Assembly: GCA_964410485.1 (NCBI GenBank)
Contig: CAYPHJ010000009.1
Span: forward strand, 1,106 to 65,105
DNA from: an uncultured Syntrophobacteraceae bacterium
GTDB lineage: Bacteria > Desulfobacterota > Binatia > UBA9968
Direction of reading: 5' to 3'
DNA: 64,000 nucleotides
Part shown: positions 1 through 8,156 of the stretch, piece by piece
Numbering within the stretch: the first letter of the stretch is position 1
Layout: every line of letters starts with the position of its first letter
The notes under the pieces: generated by a model
What the model was told of the DNA's origin: nothing
The model's database searches: none
Seen by the model: only the letters and a program-made list of their open reading frames with translations
Translations under genes and position numbers: made by a program

Positions 1-2
1 AA

Positions 3-608
3 GTAAAAATCCATTCCGGCGGCGTATCGCGTTCGGGTGTAAGCCAGGTGGCAGGTTGGGAGGTCGTGAGCAAGATCCAACCCGATATCGTCGGCCATAT
101 CACCGGCGGCCCCATCCCAATGCCGGAAGAGGAGATGATCCGGATCGCCAATGAGACCGACTATTTCGTTGAGATCTGCAGTTCGGGCAATTATCGCCTG
201 GCTCTGAGCCTGATCCGCGTCGTGAAAGCGAATCAGATCTACCAGCGCGTGCTCATCGGCACCGACACCCCAGGGGGAACCGGAATCATCCCGCGCGGGA
301 TGCTGCGCGAGATCGCCTTTATATCGTCAGTCGGCGAAGTCGCGCCACAGACGGCGATCTGTATGGCGACGGGTAACGTCGGTCGAGCCCATGGGCTCGA
401 TATCGGAATCATTGAGGAAGGGCGCGCGGCAGATATCGTGCTGCTTCACAAGATCACGGGATCGGTTGCCACAGACGCGCTCGATTCGTTTGCCAAAGGC
501 GATCTGCCAGGGATCTCGATGGTGATCATAGACGGCGAAGTTCGCGTCGCCGGCCGCAGCCAGCAGACCCCACCCCCGGAGCGGATTGCGAAAACAGAAG
601 GACCGTGA
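3..608 (+). CDS. Amidohydrolase-superfamily protein, C-terminal part (5' end lies outside the window)
   Basis: The frame is open from nt 3 to the TGA at 606-608; track ORF 48-608 is only the internal-start version. GTDTPGG, GRAADIVLL and VIIDGEVRV resemble the C-terminal end of metal-dependent amidohydrolases. Confidence 0.65.
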   Translation, partial: VKIHSGGVSRSGVSQVAGWEVVSKIQPDIVGHITGGPIPMPEEEMIRIANETDYFVEICSSGNYRLALSLIRVVKANQIYQRVLIGTDTPGGTGIIPRGMLREIAFISSVGEVAPQTAICMATGNVGRAHGLDIGIIEEGRAADIVLLHKITGSVATDALDSFAKGDLPGISMVIIDGEVRVAGRSQQTPPPERIAKTEGP

Positions 609-667
609 TCGTGCTCGTGGAAAAGACCGATTCGAAAGCATGGGATAGGAGTGCGAAATAGGAGTTC

Positions 668-1642
668 ATGATGGATTACGGTGTTGGTCTCTTTCCCACT
701 GAGTCGTTACAGAAGATGATTCACCTCGCCAAAGTCTCCGAGCAGTTGGGGTTCAGCCATATCTGGGTGGGCGATTCGCACCTGATCTGGCGCGAGGCCT
801 ACGTGAATATGGCGGCGGTTGCGCTCAATACCACCAGAGTGAAGATCGGCACGGGCGTGACCAATCCCGTCACGCGCCACCCCTCGGTTGTCGCCAGTGC
901 CTATGCGACTTTGGAAGAGTATTCACCAGGACGGGTGATCGTCGGTATCGGCCTGGGCGATAGCTCGGTCGAGACCATGGGCATGAAGCCGGCCAAGTTG
1001 GGTTTTTTTGAAAAAACCATGCAGCAGATGCGCGACCTGTTTGCCGGTAAGGAAGTGCAGCTCGAGACCGGGAAAATCCATTTACTCCACCCCTGCGGGC
1101 ACGCCCTGCCGCTCTATATTGCGGCAAGCGGTCCCAAAATGCTCGAGCTCTCAGGGCGTATCGCCGACGGCATCATTGTGCTCGTCGGTGTGGCGGACGA
1201 ATACATCAAACATGCGCTGGAGAAGATCGCCGTCGGGGCGAAAGCGGTCGGTCGCAAACTGGAAGACATTCAGCTCGTTCTCTGGGTGCCTTGCGCGGTG
1301 TCGGACAAAGCAGCCGCGAAAGATGCGGTCAAAGCGCACGTCGCTCGCGTTGTGGCGCATCCGCTCCCCTATGTCTTGGACCCGCAGGAGCAGCAAGTGC
1401 TCGCGGAGATTCGTCGGACTTACGACTACTACCATCACATGGACCAAGAGGCGAACCATGCTGAGGTAATCCCCGACTGGCTGGTCGACAAGTTCGCCAT
1501 TGCAGGAACAGTTGCCGAATGCCGTGCTCAAATCGAGCGGCTGAAGAAAACTGGGATCCAACAGATTGCTATCATTCCCTATGCCGCGCCGGGAGGTAGC
1601 AGGGAGGAAACGCTAAGAGGATTTGCCAGGGCGATGAGTTGA
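668..1642 (+). CDS. LLM-class (luciferase-like) flavin/F420-dependent oxidoreductase
   Basis: 324 aa. The LGFSHIWVGDSH, GTGVTNPVTRHP and VGIGLGDS blocks fit the luciferase-like monooxygenase / methylene-H4MPT-reductase-like family. The cofactor (F420 or FMN) is not decidable by eye. Confidence 0.85.
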   Translation: MMDYGVGLFPTESLQKMIHLAKVSEQLGFSHIWVGDSHLIWREAYVNMAAVALNTTRVKIGTGVTNPVTRHPSVVASAYATLEEYSPGRVIVGIGLGDSSVETMGMKPAKLGFFEKTMQQMRDLFAGKEVQLETGKIHLLHPCGHALPLYIAASGPKMLELSGRIADGIIVLVGVADEYIKHALEKIAVGAKAVGRKLEDIQLVLWVPCAVSDKAAAKDAVKAHVARVVAHPLPYVLDPQEQQVLAEIRRTYDYYHHMDQEANHAEVIPDWLVDKFAIAGTVAECRAQIERLKKTGIQQIAIIPYAAPGGSREETLRGFARAMS

Positions 1643-1654
1643 GCTTGGGCACGG

Positions 1655-2137
1655 CTACAGGACGAAGCGTACCACGAGAAATATGCCGACCATCGTGAAC
1701 GCGAGAGCGATCTTGATCGCGGTGCCGAGGATAAGACCGATGGTCGCGCCGAAACCGGCACGCGTTGCATGGCGCAACCCCTGGGCGTGCGAAAGCTCGC
1801 CTATGACCGCGCCGGCGAACGGCCCGACCAAAACAGCCGGGAAGCCGAGCAAGATACCCACTACCGTGCCGATCAACGCTCCGATGATTGCCCGCTTCGA
1901 CGCGCCGAATCTCCTCGCGCCATAGAGACTCGCCAGGATGTCTATAATGTAAGTGACAACCGCGAGCACGCCAAGGATTACGAGAGTCCATAAACCGACA
2001 TAAACAAAATCCTCCGCCCAGGCAGCGAGGAACAGACCGCCGAAGAGTAGCGGCGGTCCCGGTATGCCGGGCAGAACGACACCCACCAACCCGGCCAAGA
2101 CGAGCAGTACTGCGAGTAAAAGAGCTGAATCTTGCAT
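1655..2137 (-). CDS. DUF456-family small integral membrane protein
   Basis: Gly/Ala/Leu-rich with about four hydrophobic helices (VLPGIPGPPLLFGGLFLAAW, GAVIGEL). I placed the start at the internal ATG 2137 (MQDSALLL) instead of the track start 2176; the start is uncertain. Convergent with the LLM gene, 12 nt apart. Confidence 0.7.
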   Translation of the reverse strand: MQDSALLLAVLLVLAGLVGVVLPGIPGPPLLFGGLFLAAWAEDFVYVGLWTLVILGVLAVVTYIIDILASLYGARRFGASKRAIIGALIGTVVGILLGFPAVLVGPFAGAVIGELSHAQGLRHATRAGFGATIGLILGTAIKIALAFTMVGIFLVVRFVL

Positions 2138-2198
2138 ACAGAAGCGATTTTGAGCTGTATCCCGATGGAGTGACATTCCGCCAGGCGCCGCGCGGTTT

Positions 2199-2867
2199 CT
2201 AAGCCTGTGTCTTATCGGGATACGGGCAAAGGGAGCGGATCACGCACTCCGGACAGTTTGGCTTTCTCGCCACACAAATCCGCCGACCATGGTACTGTAA
2301 GAGATGGCAAAAGCGCACACGCTGTTTTTCGGGGACGAGCGGTGTCAGGTCGAACTCGATTTTATCGGGATCGGTGTTCTTGGTGAAACCGAGCCGCTGT
2401 GACAGTCGCATGACGTGCGTGTCGACTCCGATCATCGGCTGCCCAAACGCATTGCCCAGCAAGATGTTGGCTGTTTTTCGCCCAACACCCGGCAGTGACA
2501 AGAGGTCGTCGAGTCTGTCCGGTACTTTGCCGGCGAAGCGATCCACTAGGGCCTGGCAACAGTTGCGGATCGAGCGAGCTTTATTACGAAAAAAATTGAT
2601 CCTGCCGATCTCTTTCTCGAGTTGCACCTGTGGCACCCTGGCGTAATCGTGGGCGCTCGGGTACTTCTTGAACAGGTCGGCCGTGATCTGATTGACGAGG
2701 TCGTCCCGCGCTTGGGCCGCAAGGATCAAAGCGATCAGCAGCTCCAGCGGGTTCTCGAAATCGAGATCCAGCTTTGCATCGGGATGGGCTTTCGCCAATG
2801 CGGTTATAATCCTTGGCAGCCGGACATTTAGATCCTTTGCCTTTGTTGAAGGTCGCGCGGTAGCCAT
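2199..2867 (-). CDS. nth: Endonuclease III (bifunctional DNA glycosylase/AP lyase), copy 1
   Basis: HhH-GPD motifs are present: LPGVGRKTANILL (catalytic Lys) and VDTHV (Asp). The C-terminal 4Fe-4S loop is CVARKPNCPECVIRSLC. 222 aa. Confidence 0.9.
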   Translation of the reverse strand: MATARPSTKAKDLNVRLPRIITALAKAHPDAKLDLDFENPLELLIALILAAQARDDLVNQITADLFKKYPSAHDYARVPQVQLEKEIGRINFFRNKARSIRNCCQALVDRFAGKVPDRLDDLLSLPGVGRKTANILLGNAFGQPMIGVDTHVMRLSQRLGFTKNTDPDKIEFDLTPLVPEKQRVRFCHLLQYHGRRICVARKPNCPECVIRSLCPYPDKTQA

Positions 2868-2922
2868 TTTGGTTTCAGTTGAAATTATGATAGCAGGAAG
2901 TTAGTCAAAGGAGGAACTCTTC

Positions 2923-3294
2923 GTGGAGCTCAAAGATCTCAGGAGGATGACCCTGCCGAAACTGCGAGATTTCGCCAAGCAGGAAACCGATTTGACAGGT
3001 GTCATTGGCATGGAAAAGGAAGCTCTGATCGAAGCCATCGCCAAGGCAAAAGGCATCTCTTATGACGTGCCGCCGAAGGATACCAGCGCCATCCATTCGA
3101 TCAAGCACGATATTCGAGAGCTGCACAAACAAAAAGCAGAGATGGCCTCCACGAAAGATCGTACCAAACTCAAGCGTGTTCAAGCCAAGATTAGAAAACT
3201 GAAACGATTGACGCGTCACCTGGCGCGCGAGGCCAAACAGGCGAAGCCCGCTGCGGTCGCGGCGCCTGCGCAAACACCGCCGCCGGCTGCCTGA
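2923..3294 (+). CDS. Small basic protein with a Rho-N/SAP-like N-terminal motif; function unknown
   Basis: GTG start with AAGGAGG 8 nt upstream. The N-terminus LKDLRRMTLPKLRDFAK...MEKEALIEAIAKAKGI resembles the Rho N-terminal/SAP helix motif. The rest is a Lys/Arg-rich coiled coil followed by an Ala/Pro tail. The stop lies 5 nt before the next gene. Confidence 0.6.
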   Translation: MELKDLRRMTLPKLRDFAKQETDLTGVIGMEKEALIEAIAKAKGISYDVPPKDTSAIHSIKHDIRELHKQKAEMASTKDRTKLKRVQAKIRKLKRLTRHLAREAKQAKPAAVAAPAQTPPPAA

Positions 3295-3299
3295 GTGTC

Positions 3300-4361
3300 A
3301 TGAAAGCTGCGCCTCCGCCACGCGGTCGCGGATCTGCCAGCAACCCCAAAAACCGCTTCGAGTCTATCGAGCGGATCCCCGAACCGACGGACGATAACGA
3401 CGAACGCCCTTCGCCGCACACGCAATTCTTCACCGACCGTTCAAGATCGATCATCGCATACAATGACAGCCCGGATGTCGGCTTCAACGCCAGCTTGAAC
3501 GTCTACCGGGGTTGCGAGCATGGTTGTATCTACTGCTACGCACGCCCAACGCATGAATACCTCGGGTTCTCTTCCGGTCTCGACTTTGAGAGCAAAATCA
3601 TGGTCAAGGATGACGCGCCGGAACTGCTGCGCCAGGAGCTTGGAGATCCGAGATGGAAGCCGCAGGTTCTCGGCATGAGCGGCGTGACCGACTGCTATCA
3701 GCCTGTGGAAAAAGAGCGCCGACTGACGCGCCGGTGTCTGGAAATTTTGCTGGAGTTTCGCAACCCGGTGGTGATCGTGACAAAGAACTATCTGGTTACG
3801 CGTGATATCGATATCTTGTCCGAACTGGCGCGCTATCGGTGCGCCGGAGTTACGATCTCGTTGACGACCCTTGATCCTAAACTCGCATCTCTCATGGAGC
3901 CCCGCGCCTCCAGCCCGGCCAGGCGTTTGGCGACGATTCGAGCTCTGGCACAAGCAGATATTCCCGTCGGTTACCTCCAGGCGCCTATGATTCCCGGTCT
4001 GACCGATAGCGAGGCGCCTGCCATTGCTCGAGCGGCTGCCGACTCCGGAGCGAGCTTTGCAGGGTACGTCGCCTTGCGTCTGCCGTTTGCGGTCAAGTCG
4101 TTGTTCGAGGATTGGCTCGAGCAGCATTTTCCGCAACGCAAAGAAAAAGTGCTGAATCGCATCCGCGCGATTCGCGGCGGCAAGCTCAACGATCCGAACT
4201 TCAACAGCCGAATGCGCGGTGAAGGCATCTTCGCCGAGCATATGGAAGAGCTCTTTCAAATCGCGTGCAAGAAAGCCGGCATTGGCAAGAGATGGCCAGA
4301 GCTAACGACCAAGCACTTCCGGAGATCAGGAAACTTCCAGCTGGACTTGTTCGACGGGTGA
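3300..4361 (+). CDS. PA0069-family radical SAM protein (SplB/COG1533-like)
   Basis: N-terminal RGRGSASNPKNRF hallmark and the CEHGCIYC (CX3CX2C) radical SAM cluster motif. 353 aa. Confidence 0.85.
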   Translation: MKAAPPPRGRGSASNPKNRFESIERIPEPTDDNDERPSPHTQFFTDRSRSIIAYNDSPDVGFNASLNVYRGCEHGCIYCYARPTHEYLGFSSGLDFESKIMVKDDAPELLRQELGDPRWKPQVLGMSGVTDCYQPVEKERRLTRRCLEILLEFRNPVVIVTKNYLVTRDIDILSELARYRCAGVTISLTTLDPKLASLMEPRASSPARRLATIRALAQADIPVGYLQAPMIPGLTDSEAPAIARAAADSGASFAGYVALRLPFAVKSLFEDWLEQHFPQRKEKVLNRIRAIRGGKLNDPNFNSRMRGEGIFAEHMEELFQIACKKAGIGKRWPELTTKHFRRSGNFQLDLFDG

Positions 4362-4575
4362 GGTTCATGCCCTCATCTCGGATCCTCTCTGCCGAAGCCC
4401 GGCATGCCAGCTAAGGACTGTACGGTGCTTTACTAACTCGGCCGCTCAGAAGAAATCCCCCGGTCCTACGGCCCGCCCCGTTTTTCATTAGAGGCGACGG
4501 GATTTGCAGGCGTTTGGTCGGTGCCCACTCGGGCGTGACAAGGCCACAGGAAAGCTCCCTATGTGAGGGATCATT

Positions 4576-5733
4576 TTGAATATTTTTGATGTCGCGGTTG
4601 TCGGTACCGGGACGATGGGAAGCTTCGCGTGTCTGGAACTCGCCAGACGAAAACTCAGAGTCATCGGCATCGATCAGTTTACACCGCCGCACAATCGAGG
4701 GAGCCACACGGGGGACACCCGCATCTTTCGAACTGCTTACGCAGAGCATCCCGGTTATGTGCCTTTGGCGCAACGGGCTGGTCTGCTTTGGGATCAATTG
4801 GGCGAGGAGGCGGGCTCCGAATTTCTTCATCGAACGGGACTGCTGAGCCTCGGACCCGAAAGTGGCGCTTTGATTGCAGGCACGCGGGCCAGCGCGGCCT
4901 CTCATGGCATCGCTATCGAGGAACTATCGCCGAGTCAGGTGCGCTCCCGATTCCCTGCGTTTGACCCGCCTGGCGGATGGGTGGGGCTTTTCGAGGCCAC
5001 AGCCGGATGGCTCGATGTCGATGCGGTGCTGCGGTTCGGACTCGCGAGCGCGAGGCGCGCGGGCGCCGAGCTGCGCATGAATATCAAAGTGGACCACTGG
5101 GTACACCGGGATGGCGAATTCGAAATCAGAGCCGCGGGCGAAAAGTTTACGACAAAATCGCTGGTGGTGACTGCAGGAGCCTGGGCAAGCAGGCTTCTGG
5201 ATGACCTCGGCTTGTCGCTTACTGTTCTTCGGAAGTCCTTGATATGGGTAGCTCCACTTCGTCCAGAGCTATTTGCGCCCGATTTCTTTCCGGTGTTCGT
5301 AGCTCGAGATGACTTCTTCTACGGCTTTCCGAACATCCACAACGTCGGCGTGAAACTGGCGATTCACGCCAATGGTGATGCGCGGGCGGCGGATCCAGAC
5401 GCGCCTCTATTGGAGCCCGACGGGCATGAGATCGATTCAGTGCTCGCGATGGCGGCGGAGTTGCTACCTCACCTCGCCGGCCCCGTAGCGCAAGCTCGTG
5501 CGCGCTTGGCCCGGGCGAAAACCTGTTTATACACGATGACGCCGGATGAGCACTTCGTGATTGACCGGCACCCTCAGGTCGAGAACTTGTTCATCGCAGC
5601 CGGTTTCTCCGGCCACGGGTTTAAATTTGCTACTGCCATTGGTGAGCTGCTAGCTGACTGGGTTTGTGGTCAGAAATCCACACTGCCGATAGATTTCCTG
5701 AGGTTAAAACGCGATGGTCTAATGAAGCCATAG
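4576..5733 (+). CDS. solA: FAD-dependent N-methyl amino acid oxidase (monomeric sarcosine oxidase / N-methyltryptophan oxidase family)
   Basis: TTG start with GAGGG 7 nt upstream. Dinucleotide-binding VAVVGTGTMGS, plus PPHNRGSHTGDTRIFRTAY and GFSGHGFKF blocks typical of MSOX/MTOX. Confidence 0.8.
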   Translation: MNIFDVAVVGTGTMGSFACLELARRKLRVIGIDQFTPPHNRGSHTGDTRIFRTAYAEHPGYVPLAQRAGLLWDQLGEEAGSEFLHRTGLLSLGPESGALIAGTRASAASHGIAIEELSPSQVRSRFPAFDPPGGWVGLFEATAGWLDVDAVLRFGLASARRAGAELRMNIKVDHWVHRDGEFEIRAAGEKFTTKSLVVTAGAWASRLLDDLGLSLTVLRKSLIWVAPLRPELFAPDFFPVFVARDDFFYGFPNIHNVGVKLAIHANGDARAADPDAPLLEPDGHEIDSVLAMAAELLPHLAGPVAQARARLARAKTCLYTMTPDEHFVIDRHPQVENLFIAAGFSGHGFKFATAIGELLADWVCGQKSTLPIDFLRLKRDGLMKP

Positions 5734-5814
5734 TGCTTCACGAGGTGTTCAAAGGGCTTCACTCCTTCATCAGACCCCCCTTCGTTCATCCCCGCGACGA
5801 GACTGCGTTGGGAC

Positions 5815-5906
5815 GTCATTCTGAGGAGCCCCGCGACGAAGAATCTGCTTTTCTTCGTTCCTACCCGAATTAAAAAAGCAGATCCTTCACTGCCGTTCAG
5901 GATGAC
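5815..5906. repeat. Palindromic intergenic element, copy A (MITE/REP-like)
   Basis: The left arm is GTCATTCTGAGGAGCCCCGCGACGAAGAATCTGCTTTT. The reverse complement of the right arm is GTCATCCTGAACGGCAGTGAAGGATCTGCTTTT. Related copies lie at 59004-59105 and 50798-50945. Confidence 0.75.
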
Positions 5907-5952
5907 ACTAGCCGCCAAGTTGGGTAGAGTCTGAACGTAGGAGGAAAGGGTA

Positions 5953-5995
5953 TTTGAGTCTGAGATTATCTGAGATCTGTGATTTGAGATTCGTC
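5953..5995. repeat. Short-period word array (TGAGAT-type)
   Basis: The sequence TATTTGAGTCTGAGATTATCTGAGATCTGTGATTTGAGATTCG has TGAGAT-like words every 8-10 nt. It lies just downstream of the VOC gene stop. Confidence 0.6.
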
Positions 5996-6011
5996 GCGAA
6001 CCGAGGATGGG

Positions 6012-6362
6012 TCAATCGCAATAGTACTCAATTGTGTATCCGTTTGGATCACGAAAATAAATAGCGTGCTTGCCGCGGCGTTCGTCGATCTTGATCTTCT
6101 TTTCTTTCAACTGCTTCTCCAAGCGCTTTAGGCCTGCGGGCGTCGTTTTGAAGCCAAAATGCTGTAATGGTTCGCTGGCGGAGAACTCTTCGCGCGTACG
6201 GACAAAATTCAGCAGATCTTGGCAGCCGGGGGAGCGCAGAAACAGCATGTTGGGCGGCACGCGGAACGCGACCTCCAGCCCGAGGACTCCCGTATAGAAG
6301 TGTTCGGTTTTGATGAGATCGCGGGTCAACAGAGCGATGTGAAGAAGGCCCTTGTCTGGCAT
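6012..6362 (-). CDS. VOC (glyoxalase/bleomycin-resistance/dioxygenase) family protein
   Basis: HIALLTRDL...FYTGVLGLEV and HFGFK...AIYFRDPNGYTIEY are paired beta-alpha-beta-beta-beta module motifs. I placed the start at the internal ATG 6362 (MPDKGLLHIAL); the track start is 6410. Confidence 0.75.
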   Translation of the reverse strand: MPDKGLLHIALLTRDLIKTEHFYTGVLGLEVAFRVPPNMLFLRSPGCQDLLNFVRTREEFSASEPLQHFGFKTTPAGLKRLEKQLKEKKIKIDERRGKHAIYFRDPNGYTIEYYCD

Positions 6363-6470
6363 GGAGATGTGCTCCTTTTTGAGGCATTGATGTGAAAATT
6401 GTTTCACCAAACGATTTGAAGAAATCTATCGCACTTGCCTCGCCGAGCCGGTAAAGAAAGCCAGGCAAAT

Positions 6471-6606
6471 CCAAAATCCGAAGCACGAAATCCGAAACAA
6501 ATCCGAATAATCAAATCTCAAATCAAAACTCCGATTTCGTTTAAACCCATGAGCTATTGCGTTATTTGGATTTGTTTGGAAATTCGGATTTCGAATTTGG
6601 TGCTTC
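6471..6606. repeat. Long imperfect inverted repeat (AATCCGAA-type words) in a divergent intergenic region
   Basis: Three blocks can pair: GAAGCAC (6480-6486) with GTGCTTC (6600-6606); GAAATCCGAA (6487-6496) with TTCGGATTTC (6583-6592); and ACAAATCCGAATAA (6497-6510) with TTATTTGGATTTGT (6562-6575, one G-T pair). Confidence 0.7.
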
Positions 6607-6711
6607 TACTCTCATATAGCTTAGCGGCTGTCCGAGAATCAACCTGATCCGCGCTTTCAGAATTAAGCATTCCCTGTTACTTTGAGTGCACCCGCGGTTC
6701 AATCCGGCCTC

Positions 6712-8025
6712 ATGGACAACTCTGTCGCTCAAAATCAGGTGAGACAATCGCGCATCTTCTACGGCTGGTATGTTGTCGGCGTCGGTTTTTTGTCGCATAT
6801 CGTCTGCGCGTTTCACCTGTCGAGCACACTCAGTGTCTTTCTCAGACCGTTGACGGAAGATCTGGGCGTCTCGCGCGGTGTGTTCTCTCTCTTGCGTTCC
6901 GGAGAGATCGTTATCGGCGCGCTTATGGCGCCATTTGTGGGAGCGTGGGTTGATCGTTACGGCGGGAGGTGGCTCATGGCGGGCGGGGCGGCTCTTGCTG
7001 GAGTCGGGTTCATTCTTTTGAGCCAGGTCACGGCGTTTTGGCAGTTTCTCCTGGTGCGCTGGCTGCTTGTCACAGTGGGTGGTGTTTTCATGTGCACGAT
7101 GGTCATTACAGTGACGATTTCGCGCTGGTTTGTCATAAAACGAGGCCGAGCCATCGCCACCGCCACTCTGGGACAGGGGATTTCGAAGGTTGGCATTCCG
7201 GTTCTTGCGGCGAGCCTATTTGTCTGGTTGGGATGGCGTCACACCTGGACGGTATTTGGTATCTTCACGCTCGTGTTAGTCGTTGTTCCCGCGATTATTT
7301 TTATGCGCCGCAGTCCGGAGGATTTGGGACTGCAGCCCGACGGCATCAGCTCGTCGAGTTCCGAGACGCGCTCGCCGACCGCGCCAACTCGCTCGTGGCG
7401 CGATGCTGGAGCGCTGGACAGCGCCGCGATCTGGACGCGCCGTGAAATCCTGCGCACGCGCGCATTCTGGTCGCTGTGCTTGAGCTTTGGCATGGCGAAC
7501 GTGGGAATCGCCGGACTAAATCTTCACGTATTTGCCCATGTTTCCGACCTCGGTTACCCCAGTTTCATTGCCGCCACGGTCATGAGCGTGATCGCGTTCA
7601 CGCAACTTGCTTCGACCATGATCTGGGGCTTCATCAGCGAACGAGTAGAGATCCGCAAGATAACGATGCTGATGTTCATGATTCAAGCCGCCGGCCTGGG
7701 TATGGTCGTGGCGAGCAGCGAATTGGCGGTACTCTACGCCGGTTTTTTTCTTTACGGCAGCGGTCTCGGTGGAAGTCTCGTTTTGCAGGAGATGATCTGG
7801 GCGACCTACTATGGGCGTGCCTCACTGGGAACCGTGCGCGGCTTGGCAACGCTGATCACGCATGCTTTTGGCGCGGCGGGCGCGCCCTTCTTCGGTTTTA
7901 TTTTTGATGCTACCGGGAGTTACTCGATCTCCTTTGTCATGTTTGCAGTCGCCCTGTTGGCAGCGGCCTTATTGACGCTTTGGACTCGACCTCCACAAAA
8001 ACACGGCAAAGCTGACGCCCAATAG
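6712..8025 (+). CDS. MFS transporter (oxalate/formate-antiporter-like subfamily)
   Basis: About 12 predicted TM helices. The N-terminus is RIFYGWYVVGVGFLSH, and the loop GAWVDRYGGRW sits at the TM2-3 position. I placed the start at ATG 6712; the track start 6682 is a TTG. Confidence 0.85.
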   Translation: MDNSVAQNQVRQSRIFYGWYVVGVGFLSHIVCAFHLSSTLSVFLRPLTEDLGVSRGVFSLLRSGEIVIGALMAPFVGAWVDRYGGRWLMAGGAALAGVGFILLSQVTAFWQFLLVRWLLVTVGGVFMCTMVITVTISRWFVIKRGRAIATATLGQGISKVGIPVLAASLFVWLGWRHTWTVFGIFTLVLVVVPAIIFMRRSPEDLGLQPDGISSSSSETRSPTAPTRSWRDAGALDSAAIWTRREILRTRAFWSLCLSFGMANVGIAGLNLHVFAHVSDLGYPSFIAATVMSVIAFTQLASTMIWGFISERVEIRKITMLMFMIQAAGLGMVVASSELAVLYAGFFLYGSGLGGSLVLQEMIWATYYGRASLGTVRGLATLITHAFGAAGAPFFGFIFDATGSYSISFVMFAVALLAAALLTLWTRPPQKHGKADAQ

Positions 8026-8156
8026 AGATGACTAAAGTTGTTCACCTGTGCTCCAACTGTGTCGAGCACTGCCGGCCACTCCGCAAACCGGCCTTTCTGT
8101 TTCACAGTTGAGCTTTGGGGCGGGATCGAGGACAATTCCACTGCCGTACACATGTT

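Noticed and set aside
5664-5918. ORFs 5664-5873 (+) and 5670-5918 (-) in the solA-VOC gap.
   Set aside because: Both are translations of the palindromic repeat element (5815-5906) and its flanks. The same element elsewhere is in different frames.
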